From an uncultured Spirochaetota bacterium (GTDB lineage Bacteria; Spirochaetota; Brevinematia; Brevinematales; JAOACQ01), in assembly GCA_963835575.1 (NCBI GenBank), contig CAWIGG010000002.1:1792001-1856000 (forward strand): DNA of 64,000 nucleotides. The letters are read 5' to 3'. The notes beneath the pieces are model-generated. The model did no database searches, was not told where the DNA came from, and was given only the letters and a program-made list of their open reading frames with translations. This document shows positions 48,728 through 58,850 of the stretch, one piece after another (within the stretch, counting starts at the first letter, position 1; each line of letters opens with the position of its first letter). A program made the position numbers and the translations under genes.

Positions 48728-49378
48728 ATGATAGAAACAGGCAAAACGCATTCGGGCAAGGGCATTCTCCTGATTCTCTTCCTGCTTCTGCTTTCCGGGG
48801 CGGCGGTCTGGCTTATCAACACTTCTCTGAAAAATAAAAAAATCGATCTCGAAAAATCGCTTGCATCCATGAAATCCGAATTTTCATTCGCTGAAATCAA
48901 AGTCATTCATAAGACCAATGATAAAATCCGTTTTAATCTGAGGCTTCTCAGTATTGAAGGCGGCTCAATTCTGGAAAAATCTTATGAACTGGCGGGAAAC
49001 GATATTTTTATAGAATCAAAAGTGGTTGTTATAGAAATCCATGGAGATAAAAAATCTTTTGTGTTCCCTTACAGCCTGTATACTGATAGAATCCCTCCTC
49101 AAAAAGGTGAATCTCTCATTAAGTTTTATACGGAAGGCGGGTTTCCACAAATTTATAAAACCGCACAGGCTGATGAATCTTATACTTTTACAATCCAGAA
49201 GATTTTTAATTACGCTTTCAATGATGATGAGGAGCAAACAGGGTTTGGTATGGGGGAAAACAGTTTGAAAATGGACATATCGCTTCATCAAGGCGATTTT
49301 CACAGTTTCGAGGAAAATCTGACCTACCGCTGCACCGTCCATCCGAACGGGGGACTGGAACTAACGGAGGTAAAGTAA
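48728..49378 (+). CDS. Hypothetical membrane-anchored protein
   Basis: RBS GGGAG; N-terminal TM helix; tightly coupled to the next ORF. Confidence 0.7.
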   Translation: MIETGKTHSGKGILLILFLLLLSGAAVWLINTSLKNKKIDLEKSLASMKSEFSFAEIKVIHKTNDKIRFNLRLLSIEGGSILEKSYELAGNDIFIESKVVVIEIHGDKKSFVFPYSLYTDRIPPQKGESLIKFYTEGGFPQIYKTAQADESYTFTIQKIFNYAFNDDEEQTGFGMGENSLKMDISLHQGDFHSFEENLTYRCTVHPNGGLELTEVK

Positions 49379-50269
49379 ATGGAGAATCTAAAAGCCATAC
49401 AGAATCTGGAAGGCGCAATCAACGCGTTTCTCGGCCTTATCGGACCTATTGCCGGCATAGCCGGATTTCTTTTCCTGACTGTCTGGGGCTGGCTTATAAT
49501 CGGGACCGCCCTGCTCCTCCTGATCATCAGAAAATCAAGGAATAAGGAAGGCCGCTTTTCATTCGGAAACTTATTCGGGACACTGTCCGAACTCTTATTT
49601 TCTTTTTATTCCAATATCACTTCCGTCATCATAGGGCTTATCCTTCTTTTCTTTATGTCATTTGTCTATTCGGTTTTGAAAGACCTCTCCGGCAGCCTCA
49701 CTCTCTACCGTGAAGTGAAAATGCTCGAGGCGGCCCTTAAAAATTTAAAAACCGAACGAAAGATCATGGAGCTGAGGGCCGGCCCGAAAATGGAAGGCGA
49801 AGACAGGAAGATCCAGGTTAAAATAAAATTTTACGCCTATTCACCGGCAAAAGATGCCGACATCGCAGCCGGTGATGCGGAATACATTATTCCCGGCAGG
49901 CGGCTTTTTGCCGATTTCGGCGTTTTTAATTTTGATTATTCGCTTATTGAGAAAGGCCTTGCGAAAAACATAGCCTTTCCTTACAGGCTTTACAGCGACA
50001 GTCTGAGCCATGAAAACGGAGAGAGCATTTTTTTCCGGAAGGATGCCCTCCCTTATACTTTCAGCCTTGATGAAAAGGATATTTATATTCTCGACAGGAA
50101 TGATTACCAGACGGAAATATTTAAAATAATCTCCGCGGTCACAAATGAATCCGCGGCCCATAAACTCGGCGTTCGGACAAGCTACGGCGAAGCCTTCGGC
50201 CTGGTGCCGAACCCTGAACGGACTTATACTTTTTATTCAACAGGGACCGGAGGAATCATCGTGAGATGA
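49379..50269 (+). CDS. Hypothetical membrane protein
   Basis: RBS GGAGG; TM helices; C-terminal half resembles the upstream ORF (F..PY.LY.D, terminal 'GG.....'). Confidence 0.7.
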   Translation: MENLKAIQNLEGAINAFLGLIGPIAGIAGFLFLTVWGWLIIGTALLLLIIRKSRNKEGRFSFGNLFGTLSELLFSFYSNITSVIIGLILLFFMSFVYSVLKDLSGSLTLYREVKMLEAALKNLKTERKIMELRAGPKMEGEDRKIQVKIKFYAYSPAKDADIAAGDAEYIIPGRRLFADFGVFNFDYSLIEKGLAKNIAFPYRLYSDSLSHENGESIFFRKDALPYTFSLDEKDIYILDRNDYQTEIFKIISAVTNESAAHKLGVRTSYGEAFGLVPNPERTYTFYSTGTGGIIVR

Positions 50270-50305
50270 GATTTGATTTATTCTATTGTTCACTATAAAA
50301 TTAAA

Positions 50306-50484
50306 GCAGTTACAAAACTTGTTGTGTGGTTCGGCAGCAGACTGTGTGAAAAGTCGGTGTTTTGCATCGTAATTCTATATTTTTCGTTCCGTAACTTCAA
50401 TAAATACGTGGCGAAAAATAGTTTTCACACAGTCTGCAGGCTCACCAACCAAGTTTATCGAACCAACAAATGTTTTGTAACTGC
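50306..50484. mobile_element. Nested small elements: GCAGTTACAAAAC IR pair > REP-like unit > 99-bp MITE (50338-50436)
   Basis: Outer IR 50306-50318 / 50472-50484. Inner perfect IR CAGACTGTGTGAAAA / TTTTCACACAGTCTG with a CAG duplication. Excision restores TGGTTCGGCAGGCTCACCA. Confidence 0.8.
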
Positions 50485-50696
50485 CCGGTAGTAAAAAAGC
50501 TTAAAATTAATGTAAAGGGCGCTGCCGCGTTTAGTATGCACAGCATACGCAGCGGCAGCAAGTTTCAGCACTACAGCGGTGGTTCCAAAGTTTTTTAAAT
50601 AATGTTTATATAAAAATATTACAAAATATAAAGTGGTCATTGGGACCGCCTGTTAATAAATAAAGAGCGTTTTGTGTTAATAATCGGGAGGGAAGC

Positions 50697-53600
50697 ATGA
50701 GTGTTTTTATCAGCGTAGTCACAGCGTTCCTTTGTATTTTTCTTATTCTTTATTTCAGAAGAATGGACAAAAGGAATACCCAGCTTCAAACCTTAAAGAA
50801 TTTTATCGCGAACTCTGTCGCCAATATGAAAAGGATGTTCCAGGACAAAGAAAAAGAGCTCCTTGATAAAACGATCAACCTGGATATCTCTCTAAAAAAA
50901 CTCGACAAAGCCACTACCTATATCAACAATAAACTCATCGAAATCAAAGAAAACTTCGGCCAGTTTCAGGAATTCAGGGAAAAGTTTTCCGGGGACCTGA
51001 AGGAAGCCGTTCAATTCGACAAGCAGATATCCGCGATGAAAGACAAATTGGGCGATATTATCAAATTATCAGAGCAGATGGAATTTATAAAAAAAGATAT
51101 GGTCGACACAAAGAAGATTTCATCGCAGATAAAAGGCGAAATCGAGCAGTCCAGGGTATGGGCCCAGGACAGCATTGAAGATTTCATGAAAAAGACGCAG
51201 GATGACATTTCGGGCTACAAAGTAAGCTCCATCGATCAGATTGAAAAAATCCAGGGCCAGCTTGAAAGTAAAACAGAAGAGGTCGAGTCCCTGGTTTCGC
51301 ATATAGACCAGTCCGTTGAAGACGCGAAGAAGAACATGGATGAATTCAGGTCTTCCATTATGGGAGAACTGGATGACAAGGAAAGGGAAATCGAGGAAAC
51401 GATTGAAAAGAATATGGCCGACCTCAGCACGCATTATCAGGGAATGGCTTCGGATATTCAATCCGTTCTGCAGGAAAAAATCGACTCTTATAAACTGGAC
51501 ACCGATAAAGCCTCCAAAGAACTGACGGAACAGATCAATGAAGCGAAGTCAGAATTCCTTACCGGCGCCCAGAATTTAAAGCAGAGCGTTACGAATACTC
51601 TGGGCGAGTTCAACGGACGCTGGAATGAGGCGATCAAGCGCTTTAATGAAATGAATAATGAAATCATCTCGAAAAACTCCGAGCTGGAAGAAGAGATGAA
51701 GCAGAATGAAAAAACGCTTTCCAGAAAGTTCTCCGACATCGAAAAATCATTCATTGAAAGGATGAACGGTTTCGAGGAAGAAATGACGGATATCCTGAAG
51801 CAGAAGACAAACCAGTACGAGGAAGAAATACTCAAAGCGGAATCGAACGCAAAATCTTATTCTGAAAGCATAGCAAAAAAGATCGAGGAAAACCTGGAAG
51901 GCCTCGGTTCCCTCTATGATGAAAAAGCATCAGTCATCGAGGACGCTCTGGAGGAAAAAATCAAATCCTATAAGGACGAGGCGGATGAAGTGTCCAGGTC
52001 GCTGGGCGAACAAATCGACGAGGCGAAAAAAGATTTCATCACCAATACGCAGAATTTGAAGCAGAATGTCGCGAGCACGCTTGGCGAGTTCAACGGGCGC
52101 TGGAACGACGCCGTTAAGCGCTTTAATGAAATGAACAAGGAGATCATTTCGAAAACAGCCGACCTGGAAGAACAGCTCAACCGGAACGAGAAGGTCGTCA
52201 ATAAAAAGATCGTGGAAGCCGAGGATTCCCTGTCCGAGCGCATGGGCGATTTTGAAGCGCAGATGTCGCAGATCCTCAAACAGAAAAGCGAGCAGTATGA
52301 AAAGGAATTTTCCAAGATCGAATCCGGTTTCAAGACAAGAGCGGATACTGTTTCCAGGAGTATTGAAGGCAACCTCAACCAGACTGAAAAAGAACTGCGG
52401 GAAGCGCTGGAGGGAAAAATCGGTTCGATCGATTCGGAAATGCGCGGAATTATGAAGGAATTCGAGGGCAAGCGCTCCGAAATCAGCGAAAAGATCGGGG
52501 CCCTGACTCAGAATCTGGAAAAACAGTTCAAGTCGCTTGAAAGCGATTATAACATAAAGATCAACGACATGGAACAGAGGTTCGGCAAGATCAACGCCGA
52601 GATCATCATACTCGAAAAGAAAATCCAGAATGAGGCGGACACCCTGTTCACTAAAGCCAACACCGAGCTGGCCAGGGAGATCGACGCTCTCAAGAAATCT
52701 GTTGAAACAAATGTTGAAGAAAGGCTTGACCAGCTGGACAATAAATATGTCGAAGCGGAGGATACGATCGAAAAAGGCATGACCGAACTCAGCACCAAAT
52801 ACCAGGAGATGGCCGCAGATATTCAGGAAGCCCTTCAGGAAAAGATCGAATCTTATGAGAAGGAATCCTCGACGGTTTCAAAATCACTGGAAAACAAGCT
52901 GAACAATATAAAGAAGGAATTTGTTTCCGGCTCGCAGAATTTGAAGCAGAACGTCAATACAACCCTCAGCGAGTTCAACGGCCGCTGGAATGACGCCGTT
53001 AAGCGCTTTAACGAAATGAACAAGGAAATTATCTCCAAATCATCAGAACTGGAAGAGCAATTAGGCCAGAATGAGAAGGTTGTCAATAAAAAGATTGTGG
53101 AAGCCGAGAGTTCGATTACTGAGCGCATGGGTGATTTTGAAGCCCAGATTTCCCAGATCCTCAAGCAGAAAAGCGAGCAGTATGAAAAGGAATTCTCCAA
53201 GATCGAATCCGGATTTAAAATAAAAACAGACCAGGTTTCTAAAAATATTGTTTCCAATCTGAATGAGACTGAAAAGGAGCTACGGGCGCACCTGGAGGAG
53301 AAAGTCTCATCCCTGGATTCCGAAATGCGCGGCATCCTGAAGGAATTCGAGGGCAAACGCTCCGATATCACTAAAAATGTCGGTTCCCTGATGGACAATC
53401 TGGAAAAGCAGTTCAAAGCCCTTGAAAATGATTATAATTCAAAGATCAACGGTATGGAACAGCGGTTCGGAAAGATAAACGCCGAGATCATCATCCTTGA
53501 AAAGAAAATCCAGACGGAAGCGGATTCATTATTCACCCGCGCTAATACGGACCTTTCCAAGGAGATTGATTCCCTGAAAAAGTCCGTCGAAAACAATGTC

Positions 53601-56600
53601 GAGGACAGGCTTTCTCTGCTGGATGAAAAATACAAGGACACAGAGGAAACGATCGAGAAAAATCTGGCCGATCTCAGTGCCGGTTATCAGCAGACAGCCG
53701 CTGAAATTCAGGAAGCCCTTCAGGAAAAGATAGAGGCATATCAGCAGGAATCGGAAAAAGCTTCCAAGGAATTGGAGGAAAAATTAGACACGGTCAGGAA
53801 GGAGTTTCTTGCCGGTTCGCAAAATTTGAAGCAGAACGTCAATACAACGCTTACTGAATTCAACGGACGCTGGAATGACGCGGTAAAGCGCTTTAACGAA
53901 ATGAACAAGGAAATCAGTGCAAAATCCTCGGCGCTGGAAGAGCAATTAGGCCTGAATGAAAAGGCAGTCAATAAAAAGATCAGCGAAGCGGAAGATACCC
54001 TGTCGGGGCGTATGGCCGATTTTGAAACCCAGATTTCACAGATCCTCAAGCAGAAAAGCGAGCAGTATGAAAAGGAATTCTCCAAAATAGAATCCGGATT
54101 TAAATTAAAAACAGACCAGGTTTCTAAAAATATTGTTTCCAATCTGAATGAGACTGAAAAGGAGCTACGGGCGCACCTGGAGGAGAAAGTCTCATCCCTG
54201 GATTCCGAAATGCGCGGCATCCTGAAGGAATTCGAGGGCAAACGCTCCGATATCACTAAAAATGTCGGTTCCCTGATGGACAATCTGGAAAAGCAGTTCA
54301 AAGCCCTTGAAAATGATTATAATTCAAAGATCAACGGTATGGAACAGCGGTTCGGAAAGATAAACGCCGAGATCATCATCCTTGAAAAGAAAATCCAGAC
54401 GGAAGCGGATTCATTATTCACCCGCGCTAATACAGACCTTTCCAAGGAGATTGATTCCCTGAAAAAGTCCGTCGAAAACAATGTCGAGGACAGGCTTTCT
54501 CTGCTGGATGAAAAATACAAGGACACAGAGGAAACGATCGAGAAAAATCTGGCCGATCTCAGTGCCGGTTATCAGCAGACAGCCGCTGAAATTCAGGAAG
54601 CCCTTCAGGAAAAGATAGAGGCATATCAGCAGGAATCGGAAAAAGCTTCCAAGGAATTGGAGGAAAAATTAGACACGGTCAGGAAGGAGTTTCTTGCCGG
54701 TTCGCAAAATTTGAAGCAGAACGTCAATACAACGCTTACTGAATTCAACGGACGCTGGAATGACGCGGTAAAGCGCTTTAACGAAATGAACAAGGAAATC
54801 AGTGCAAAATCCGCCGAGCTGGAAGAACAATTGAACCGGAACAATAAAATCGTTAATAAGAAAATAACGGAAACGGAAGATACTCTCTCAGAAAAAATGG
54901 GTAATTTTGAAAAGCAGATTTCACAGATCCTCAAGCAGAAAAGCGATCAATATGAAAAGGAATTCTCCAAGATCGAATCCGGATTTAAATTAAAAGCGGA
55001 CCAGGTATCCAAAAATATTGAATCAAGCCTCAATGAGACTGAAAAGGAGCTCCGCTTGAACCTGGAGGAAAAAGCCTCATCCCTTGATTCCGGCATCCGG
55101 GTCATATTGAAGGAATTCGAGGGAAAGCGTTCCGAAATAAACGAAAAAATCGATGGCTTAACGGATGGTCTCGAAAAACAATTCAAAGTCCTCGAAGACG
55201 GCTACAATTCCAAAATCACCGATATGGAACAGCGGTTCGGAAAGATCAACGCAGAGATAACCATTCTTCAGAAAAAGATCCAGAACGAGGCAGATACTCT
55301 GTTTACGCGCGCCAATGCGGAACTGGCTAAAGAGATTGATTCTTTAAAGAAGACCGTGGAAGAAAACGCCGAGGAAAGGATCAAACAGATGGACGAACAG
55401 TATTCCGAATCCTCCAAAAAGTTCGAGGAGGAGTTCTACTCGCAGATCAAGAATATGAACGCTAAACTGACGGCAAACTCCACGGCTATAAACGAAATGG
55501 GCGGCAAGCTTTCCAGGTTTGTGAAGGATGTGACTGAAAAATTCAAGGCCGATGTGGTATCGCTTAAAAATTCGGCTTCGGTCGAAGCTAATAGTTTTAT
55601 AGAAGAAATTAACGCGAAAGAAAAAATGCTGAACACATCGGTGCAGAAACTCCAAACAGAGCTTTCTAAAACCGGCAATGATATTAAAACAATGAGCCAG
55701 GATGCCGTAGACTTGGCTGTCGAACAAATTAAGGAAAGAGAAAAAGTGATCTATGAGGATATTGAAAAATCCTCCGGGGAAATTTCGGAACGCCTTGATC
55801 AGATTGATAATACCATCAATAACTTTGAAACTGAAATCTCTAAAAAAGTAAAAGGCGTCCAGGACAGCCTGATGAGAGAGATTGAAGATTATAAAAAGAA
55901 CGTGGAAGGCCTCAAATCCAGCGGCTTTAAGATAGAATCCGGCATACAGGATATTATTTCCGGAAAATCCAAGGAAATCGACATATACATTGAAAATCTG
56001 AAGGAAGGGTTTGTCGGCGATTATAAAAAGCTGATCAGCAACACAAAGGATGAAATCGTACAGCTTAAAAAAGAGATCGAAACGACCCAGAAAAGCGTTT
56101 CCGGGCAGAAAAATTCCATCGTTAATGAAATCACAACTTCCATTGAAGACGCGAAGAGCTGGAGCCTCGGCCAGATCGGTGAATTAAAGGACGAGATAGA
56201 AAGCGCCAAACTGCGGGCTGCCGGTATGATTGAAGACGCGAGGGAGGAATCCGAACAGAGGATCGCGGATTATAAAAAGCAGTTCAATCAGGAATTGAGC
56301 AAAATTATAAAAGATTCCGACAGCGACTTTAACGCAAAACGGGCCGAGATGAAAAGCCTGACCCAGGAAATGATCATTCAGCTTAACGACAAGGAAAAAG
56401 AGCTGAATAAGAAAATGGAAAGACTGGACGATATGATAGCGGAGTCCATTAAAAAAACAGATGCCCAGCTGAATTCCATCAATAAAACAATTGAGCAGAA
56501 GCTTAAATTTGTTTATGATGATCTGTCGGAAAAGGGAGAAGTAGGAATACAGAGATTAAGAAAGGAAATAGACGCCATCATCGAAGAGCTTAAATCGGAA

Positions 56601-58547
56601 ACATTCGACAATATTGATGTCTATAAAAACGAACTGGCAGAGATGAACGCCGCTTTAAAAGACAACAGGGAGGAAATTCTCCAGCTGCAGAAGGAACTTG
56701 AAGAATCGCAGAATATACTCACTGGATCAAAAACAAAAACCGCGGAAGAATTGAAAGTGATGCAGGTCCGTTTTGAGGAAATGAAAAAACAGATAGTATC
56801 CCTGGAAAAAGCGATAGAGGATAAAAAGACGTCTTTCGAAGGAAGCATGAAAGAGAAAATCAAGGAAATGTATTCGGCGATCGACGAAGAAAAAGCGGGC
56901 CTGGATGAGGAACTGGGCAATTTAAGGAAAAGCCATGTCGAGTTCCTTCAGGAAATGAAAGAACAGGACAAGAAATTCATCGCGAAGAGCGCCGCTGATA
57001 ACCTGAAGCTCCTTGAGTCGTCCCTCAAGGAATATAAAGATAAAATAGATTCGGAGATCGAAAACTTCAAGGAATCATTTTTACCTCCCACCGATGAAAT
57101 ACTGGAAAGGCTGTCCGGAAAGGCAAAGGAAGTCGAGGATGAATTCGAGAAAAAAACAAGCGGTTTTTCCGGTGAAATAGAGGAATATCTTCAGAGTATT
57201 AAGGAAAAGGAAGAAAACATTTCCGAAAAGGTTGACGGCCTTATCGAGGAGTATAACGCTAAAATTGATGAATATAAAAACAATTTTACGGACAATATGG
57301 GCGAATATATTTCCCGTTCAGAAAACGAGTACAAAAAAATGCTGGAAAAGATCACTGATATTGATAAAGAACTTAAACATTTTGAAGAAAAAACAATTGA
57401 CTCAATCCACAGCAAAGCTGTTATTGTGGAAGGCGAAATAACAAAGAAAATAAAGGAAATCGCGAATGATTTTGACGGCTATATTAAGAAAAACGAACAG
57501 GAACTCGGCCGCAGCGTCGAAAGCGGCAGGAAAGAGATCAACAGCCTTCTCCAGCAGCTGAAAAACGAAAAGAATGAATTCAAAGAAGAAATTATGAGCG
57601 ATATTAAAGAACTGAATAAAAGGACCAGGGAAATAGAAACAAGGTATGACAATCTTATTAAAAAGACATCCATTCTGGACAGGGCGGAAAATATCGCCGA
57701 CAAATCGAATAAGAGCATGAACCAGATAGGCCAGTTCCTGAAAGAACTTGATACGCGCCGCAAGGATATTGAAGAAGCCCTTAAAGCGCTTGACATTATA
57801 AAAACAGAAAACAAGGACCTTTCAAACATAATGACCAGTATAAACACCAATAAAAAAGAAGCTTCTCTGATTTACCAGACCGTTACCGACGCCCTTCAAA
57901 AGGCCAAGGAGACGGAAGAGCTTCTCGGCATGATCGAAAAACAGCAGGATAAAGCGGAAGAGGTAAAAAACATTCTTGTCGAAACCCTGAAATATTACGA
58001 AGACATAAAGGAAAAAGCCGCCGATGTCGAGAAAAAGCGCGATGTCATCAATAAGATATTGAGTTCCATCGATACTTCCAAAGATGATATAAAAGACATG
58101 CAGGGGAAAGTGACAACAGCGGAGGAAAAAATAAGCGGAATAAATAAATTGGCCAAGAAGATTGATGATGATATTAAAAACGCCCAGGCTGAGATCGCCA
58201 AACTCTTCGGCGACCAGGACCGGGTCAGCTATGCCGTGGACAAGATCGTCGACATAGAAAATCTCCTGATGCATATTGAGGAAGAATCCAAGAAAGTCCA
58301 GAAGATGCGGGACTGGACGGCAAAACTGGAAACCCGCCTGGAACGGATCAAAGACACTCAGGAAACTGTTCTGTCCGGAAAAAGCGGAAGCAAAAAAACC
58401 GCCGATATCGAAAAAGACGCCGACGAGGATGTTATAAAGAATATCCTGCGCCTGAAGGAACAGGGCTGGAGCATCGAGGAAATCTCAAAAAGCCTTAAAA
58501 TCTCCCGGGCTTATGTCGAGCTGATAATAGAAAGATACGAAGAATAA
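50697..58547 (+). CDS. Giant spirochaete coiled-coil protein (SpiroCoCo-like) with 295-aa internal repeats
   Basis: N-terminal TM plus 'YFRRMDKRN.QL..LKNF'; heptad-rich body; C-terminal 'ILRLKEQGWSIEEISKSLKISRAYVELIIE'. Confidence 0.8.
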   Translation: MSVFISVVTAFLCIFLILYFRRMDKRNTQLQTLKNFIANSVANMKRMFQDKEKELLDKTINLDISLKKLDKATTYINNKLIEIKENFGQFQEFREKFSGDLKEAVQFDKQISAMKDKLGDIIKLSEQMEFIKKDMVDTKKISSQIKGEIEQSRVWAQDSIEDFMKKTQDDISGYKVSSIDQIEKIQGQLESKTEEVESLVSHIDQSVEDAKKNMDEFRSSIMGELDDKEREIEETIEKNMADLSTHYQGMASDIQSVLQEKIDSYKLDTDKASKELTEQINEAKSEFLTGAQNLKQSVTNTLGEFNGRWNEAIKRFNEMNNEIISKNSELEEEMKQNEKTLSRKFSDIEKSFIERMNGFEEEMTDILKQKTNQYEEEILKAESNAKSYSESIAKKIEENLEGLGSLYDEKASVIEDALEEKIKSYKDEADEVSRSLGEQIDEAKKDFITNTQNLKQNVASTLGEFNGRWNDAVKRFNEMNKEIISKTADLEEQLNRNEKVVNKKIVEAEDSLSERMGDFEAQMSQILKQKSEQYEKEFSKIESGFKTRADTVSRSIEGNLNQTEKELREALEGKIGSIDSEMRGIMKEFEGKRSEISEKIGALTQNLEKQFKSLESDYNIKINDMEQRFGKINAEIIILEKKIQNEADTLFTKANTELAREIDALKKSVETNVEERLDQLDNKYVEAEDTIEKGMTELSTKYQEMAADIQEALQEKIESYEKESSTVSKSLENKLNNIKKEFVSGSQNLKQNVNTTLSEFNGRWNDAVKRFNEMNKEIISKSSELEEQLGQNEKVVNKKIVEAESSITERMGDFEAQISQILKQKSEQYEKEFSKIESGFKIKTDQVSKNIVSNLNETEKELRAHLEEKVSSLDSEMRGILKEFEGKRSDITKNVGSLMDNLEKQFKALENDYNSKINGMEQRFGKINAEIIILEKKIQTEADSLFTRANTDLSKEIDSLKKSVENNVEDRLSLLDEKYKDTEETIEKNLADLSAGYQQTAAEIQEALQEKIEAYQQESEKASKELEEKLDTVRKEFLAGSQNLKQNVNTTLTEFNGRWNDAVKRFNEMNKEISAKSSALEEQLGLNEKAVNKKISEAEDTLSGRMADFETQISQILKQKSEQYEKEFSKIESGFKLKTDQVSKNIVSNLNETEKELRAHLEEKVSSLDSEMRGILKEFEGKRSDITKNVGSLMDNLEKQFKALENDYNSKINGMEQRFGKINAEIIILEKKIQTEADSLFTRANTDLSKEIDSLKKSVENNVEDRLSLLDEKYKDTEETIEKNLADLSAGYQQTAAEIQEALQEKIEAYQQESEKASKELEEKLDTVRKEFLAGSQNLKQNVNTTLTEFNGRWNDAVKRFNEMNKEISAKSAELEEQLNRNNKIVNKKITETEDTLSEKMGNFEKQISQILKQKSDQYEKEFSKIESGFKLKADQVSKNIESSLNETEKELRLNLEEKASSLDSGIRVILKEFEGKRSEINEKIDGLTDGLEKQFKVLEDGYNSKITDMEQRFGKINAEITILQKKIQNEADTLFTRANAELAKEIDSLKKTVEENAEERIKQMDEQYSESSKKFEEEFYSQIKNMNAKLTANSTAINEMGGKLSRFVKDVTEKFKADVVSLKNSASVEANSFIEEINAKEKMLNTSVQKLQTELSKTGNDIKTMSQDAVDLAVEQIKEREKVIYEDIEKSSGEISERLDQIDNTINNFETEISKKVKGVQDSLMREIEDYKKNVEGLKSSGFKIESGIQDIISGKSKEIDIYIENLKEGFVGDYKKLISNTKDEIVQLKKEIETTQKSVSGQKNSIVNEITTSIEDAKSWSLGQIGELKDEIESAKLRAAGMIEDAREESEQRIADYKKQFNQELSKIIKDSDSDFNAKRAEMKSLTQEMIIQLNDKEKELNKKMERLDDMIAESIKKTDAQLNSINKTIEQKLKFVYDDLSEKGEVGIQRLRKEIDAIIEELKSETFDNIDVYKNELAEMNAALKDNREEILQLQKELEESQNILTGSKTKTAEELKVMQVRFEEMKKQIVSLEKAIEDKKTSFEGSMKEKIKEMYSAIDEEKAGLDEELGNLRKSHVEFLQEMKEQDKKFIAKSAADNLKLLESSLKEYKDKIDSEIENFKESFLPPTDEILERLSGKAKEVEDEFEKKTSGFSGEIEEYLQSIKEKEENISEKVDGLIEEYNAKIDEYKNNFTDNMGEYISRSENEYKKMLEKITDIDKELKHFEEKTIDSIHSKAVIVEGEITKKIKEIANDFDGYIKKNEQELGRSVESGRKEINSLLQQLKNEKNEFKEEIMSDIKELNKRTREIETRYDNLIKKTSILDRAENIADKSNKSMNQIGQFLKELDTRRKDIEEALKALDIIKTENKDLSNIMTSINTNKKEASLIYQTVTDALQKAKETEELLGMIEKQQDKAEEVKNILVETLKYYEDIKEKAADVEKKRDVINKILSSIDTSKDDIKDMQGKVTTAEEKISGINKLAKKIDDDIKNAQAEIAKLFGDQDRVSYAVDKIVDIENLLMHIEEESKKVQKMRDWTAKLETRLERIKDTQETVLSGKSGSKKTADIEKDADEDVIKNILRLKEQGWSIEEISKSLKISRAYVELIIERYEE
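52000..55380 (+). repeat. 885-bp tandem repeats inside the coiled-coil gene
   Basis: EFNGRWN motif at about 51606, 52086, 52971, 53856 and 54741 (spacings 480, 885, 885, 885); the middle units are nearly identical in DNA. Confidence 0.9.
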
Positions 58548-58552
58548 TATGA

Positions 58553-58760
58553 AACCGCTAATACACGCGAATGAACGCTAATATAACTAGGAATGGGAAA
58601 CCGCAAATAACACGAATTAAAACGAATAAATTTGAATAAGTTAAAGAAAGTTAAATGATCTATAAGGGCATTAAATAATTAATGAAGTAAATTTTCAATT
58701 AGCGTGACTTCGCGTGGCTTAGCGGAAGATTACTAGTTATCTGCTAATACACGCTAATAA
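58553..58760. repeat. 9-10-nt periodic inverted repeat array
   Basis: CCGCTAATACACGCGAATGAACGCTAAT ... ATTAGCGTGACTTCGCGTGGCTTAGCGG. Confidence 0.7.
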
Positions 58761-58850
58761 ATGTGAATTATTATGGATGATTTTTTATCGTTAATTTATG
58801 TAATTCGGGGTAAGTAATGTAATTTTAACTAAAATAAAAGGCAGGTTAAT

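Noticed and set aside
50900..58300. Many antisense ORFs opposite the coiled-coil gene, and similar shadows over prfA, amtB and the GH8 genes
   Set aside because: They are Ser/Phe/Leu-rich mirror frames of biased coding sequence, with no RBS or recognisable motifs.
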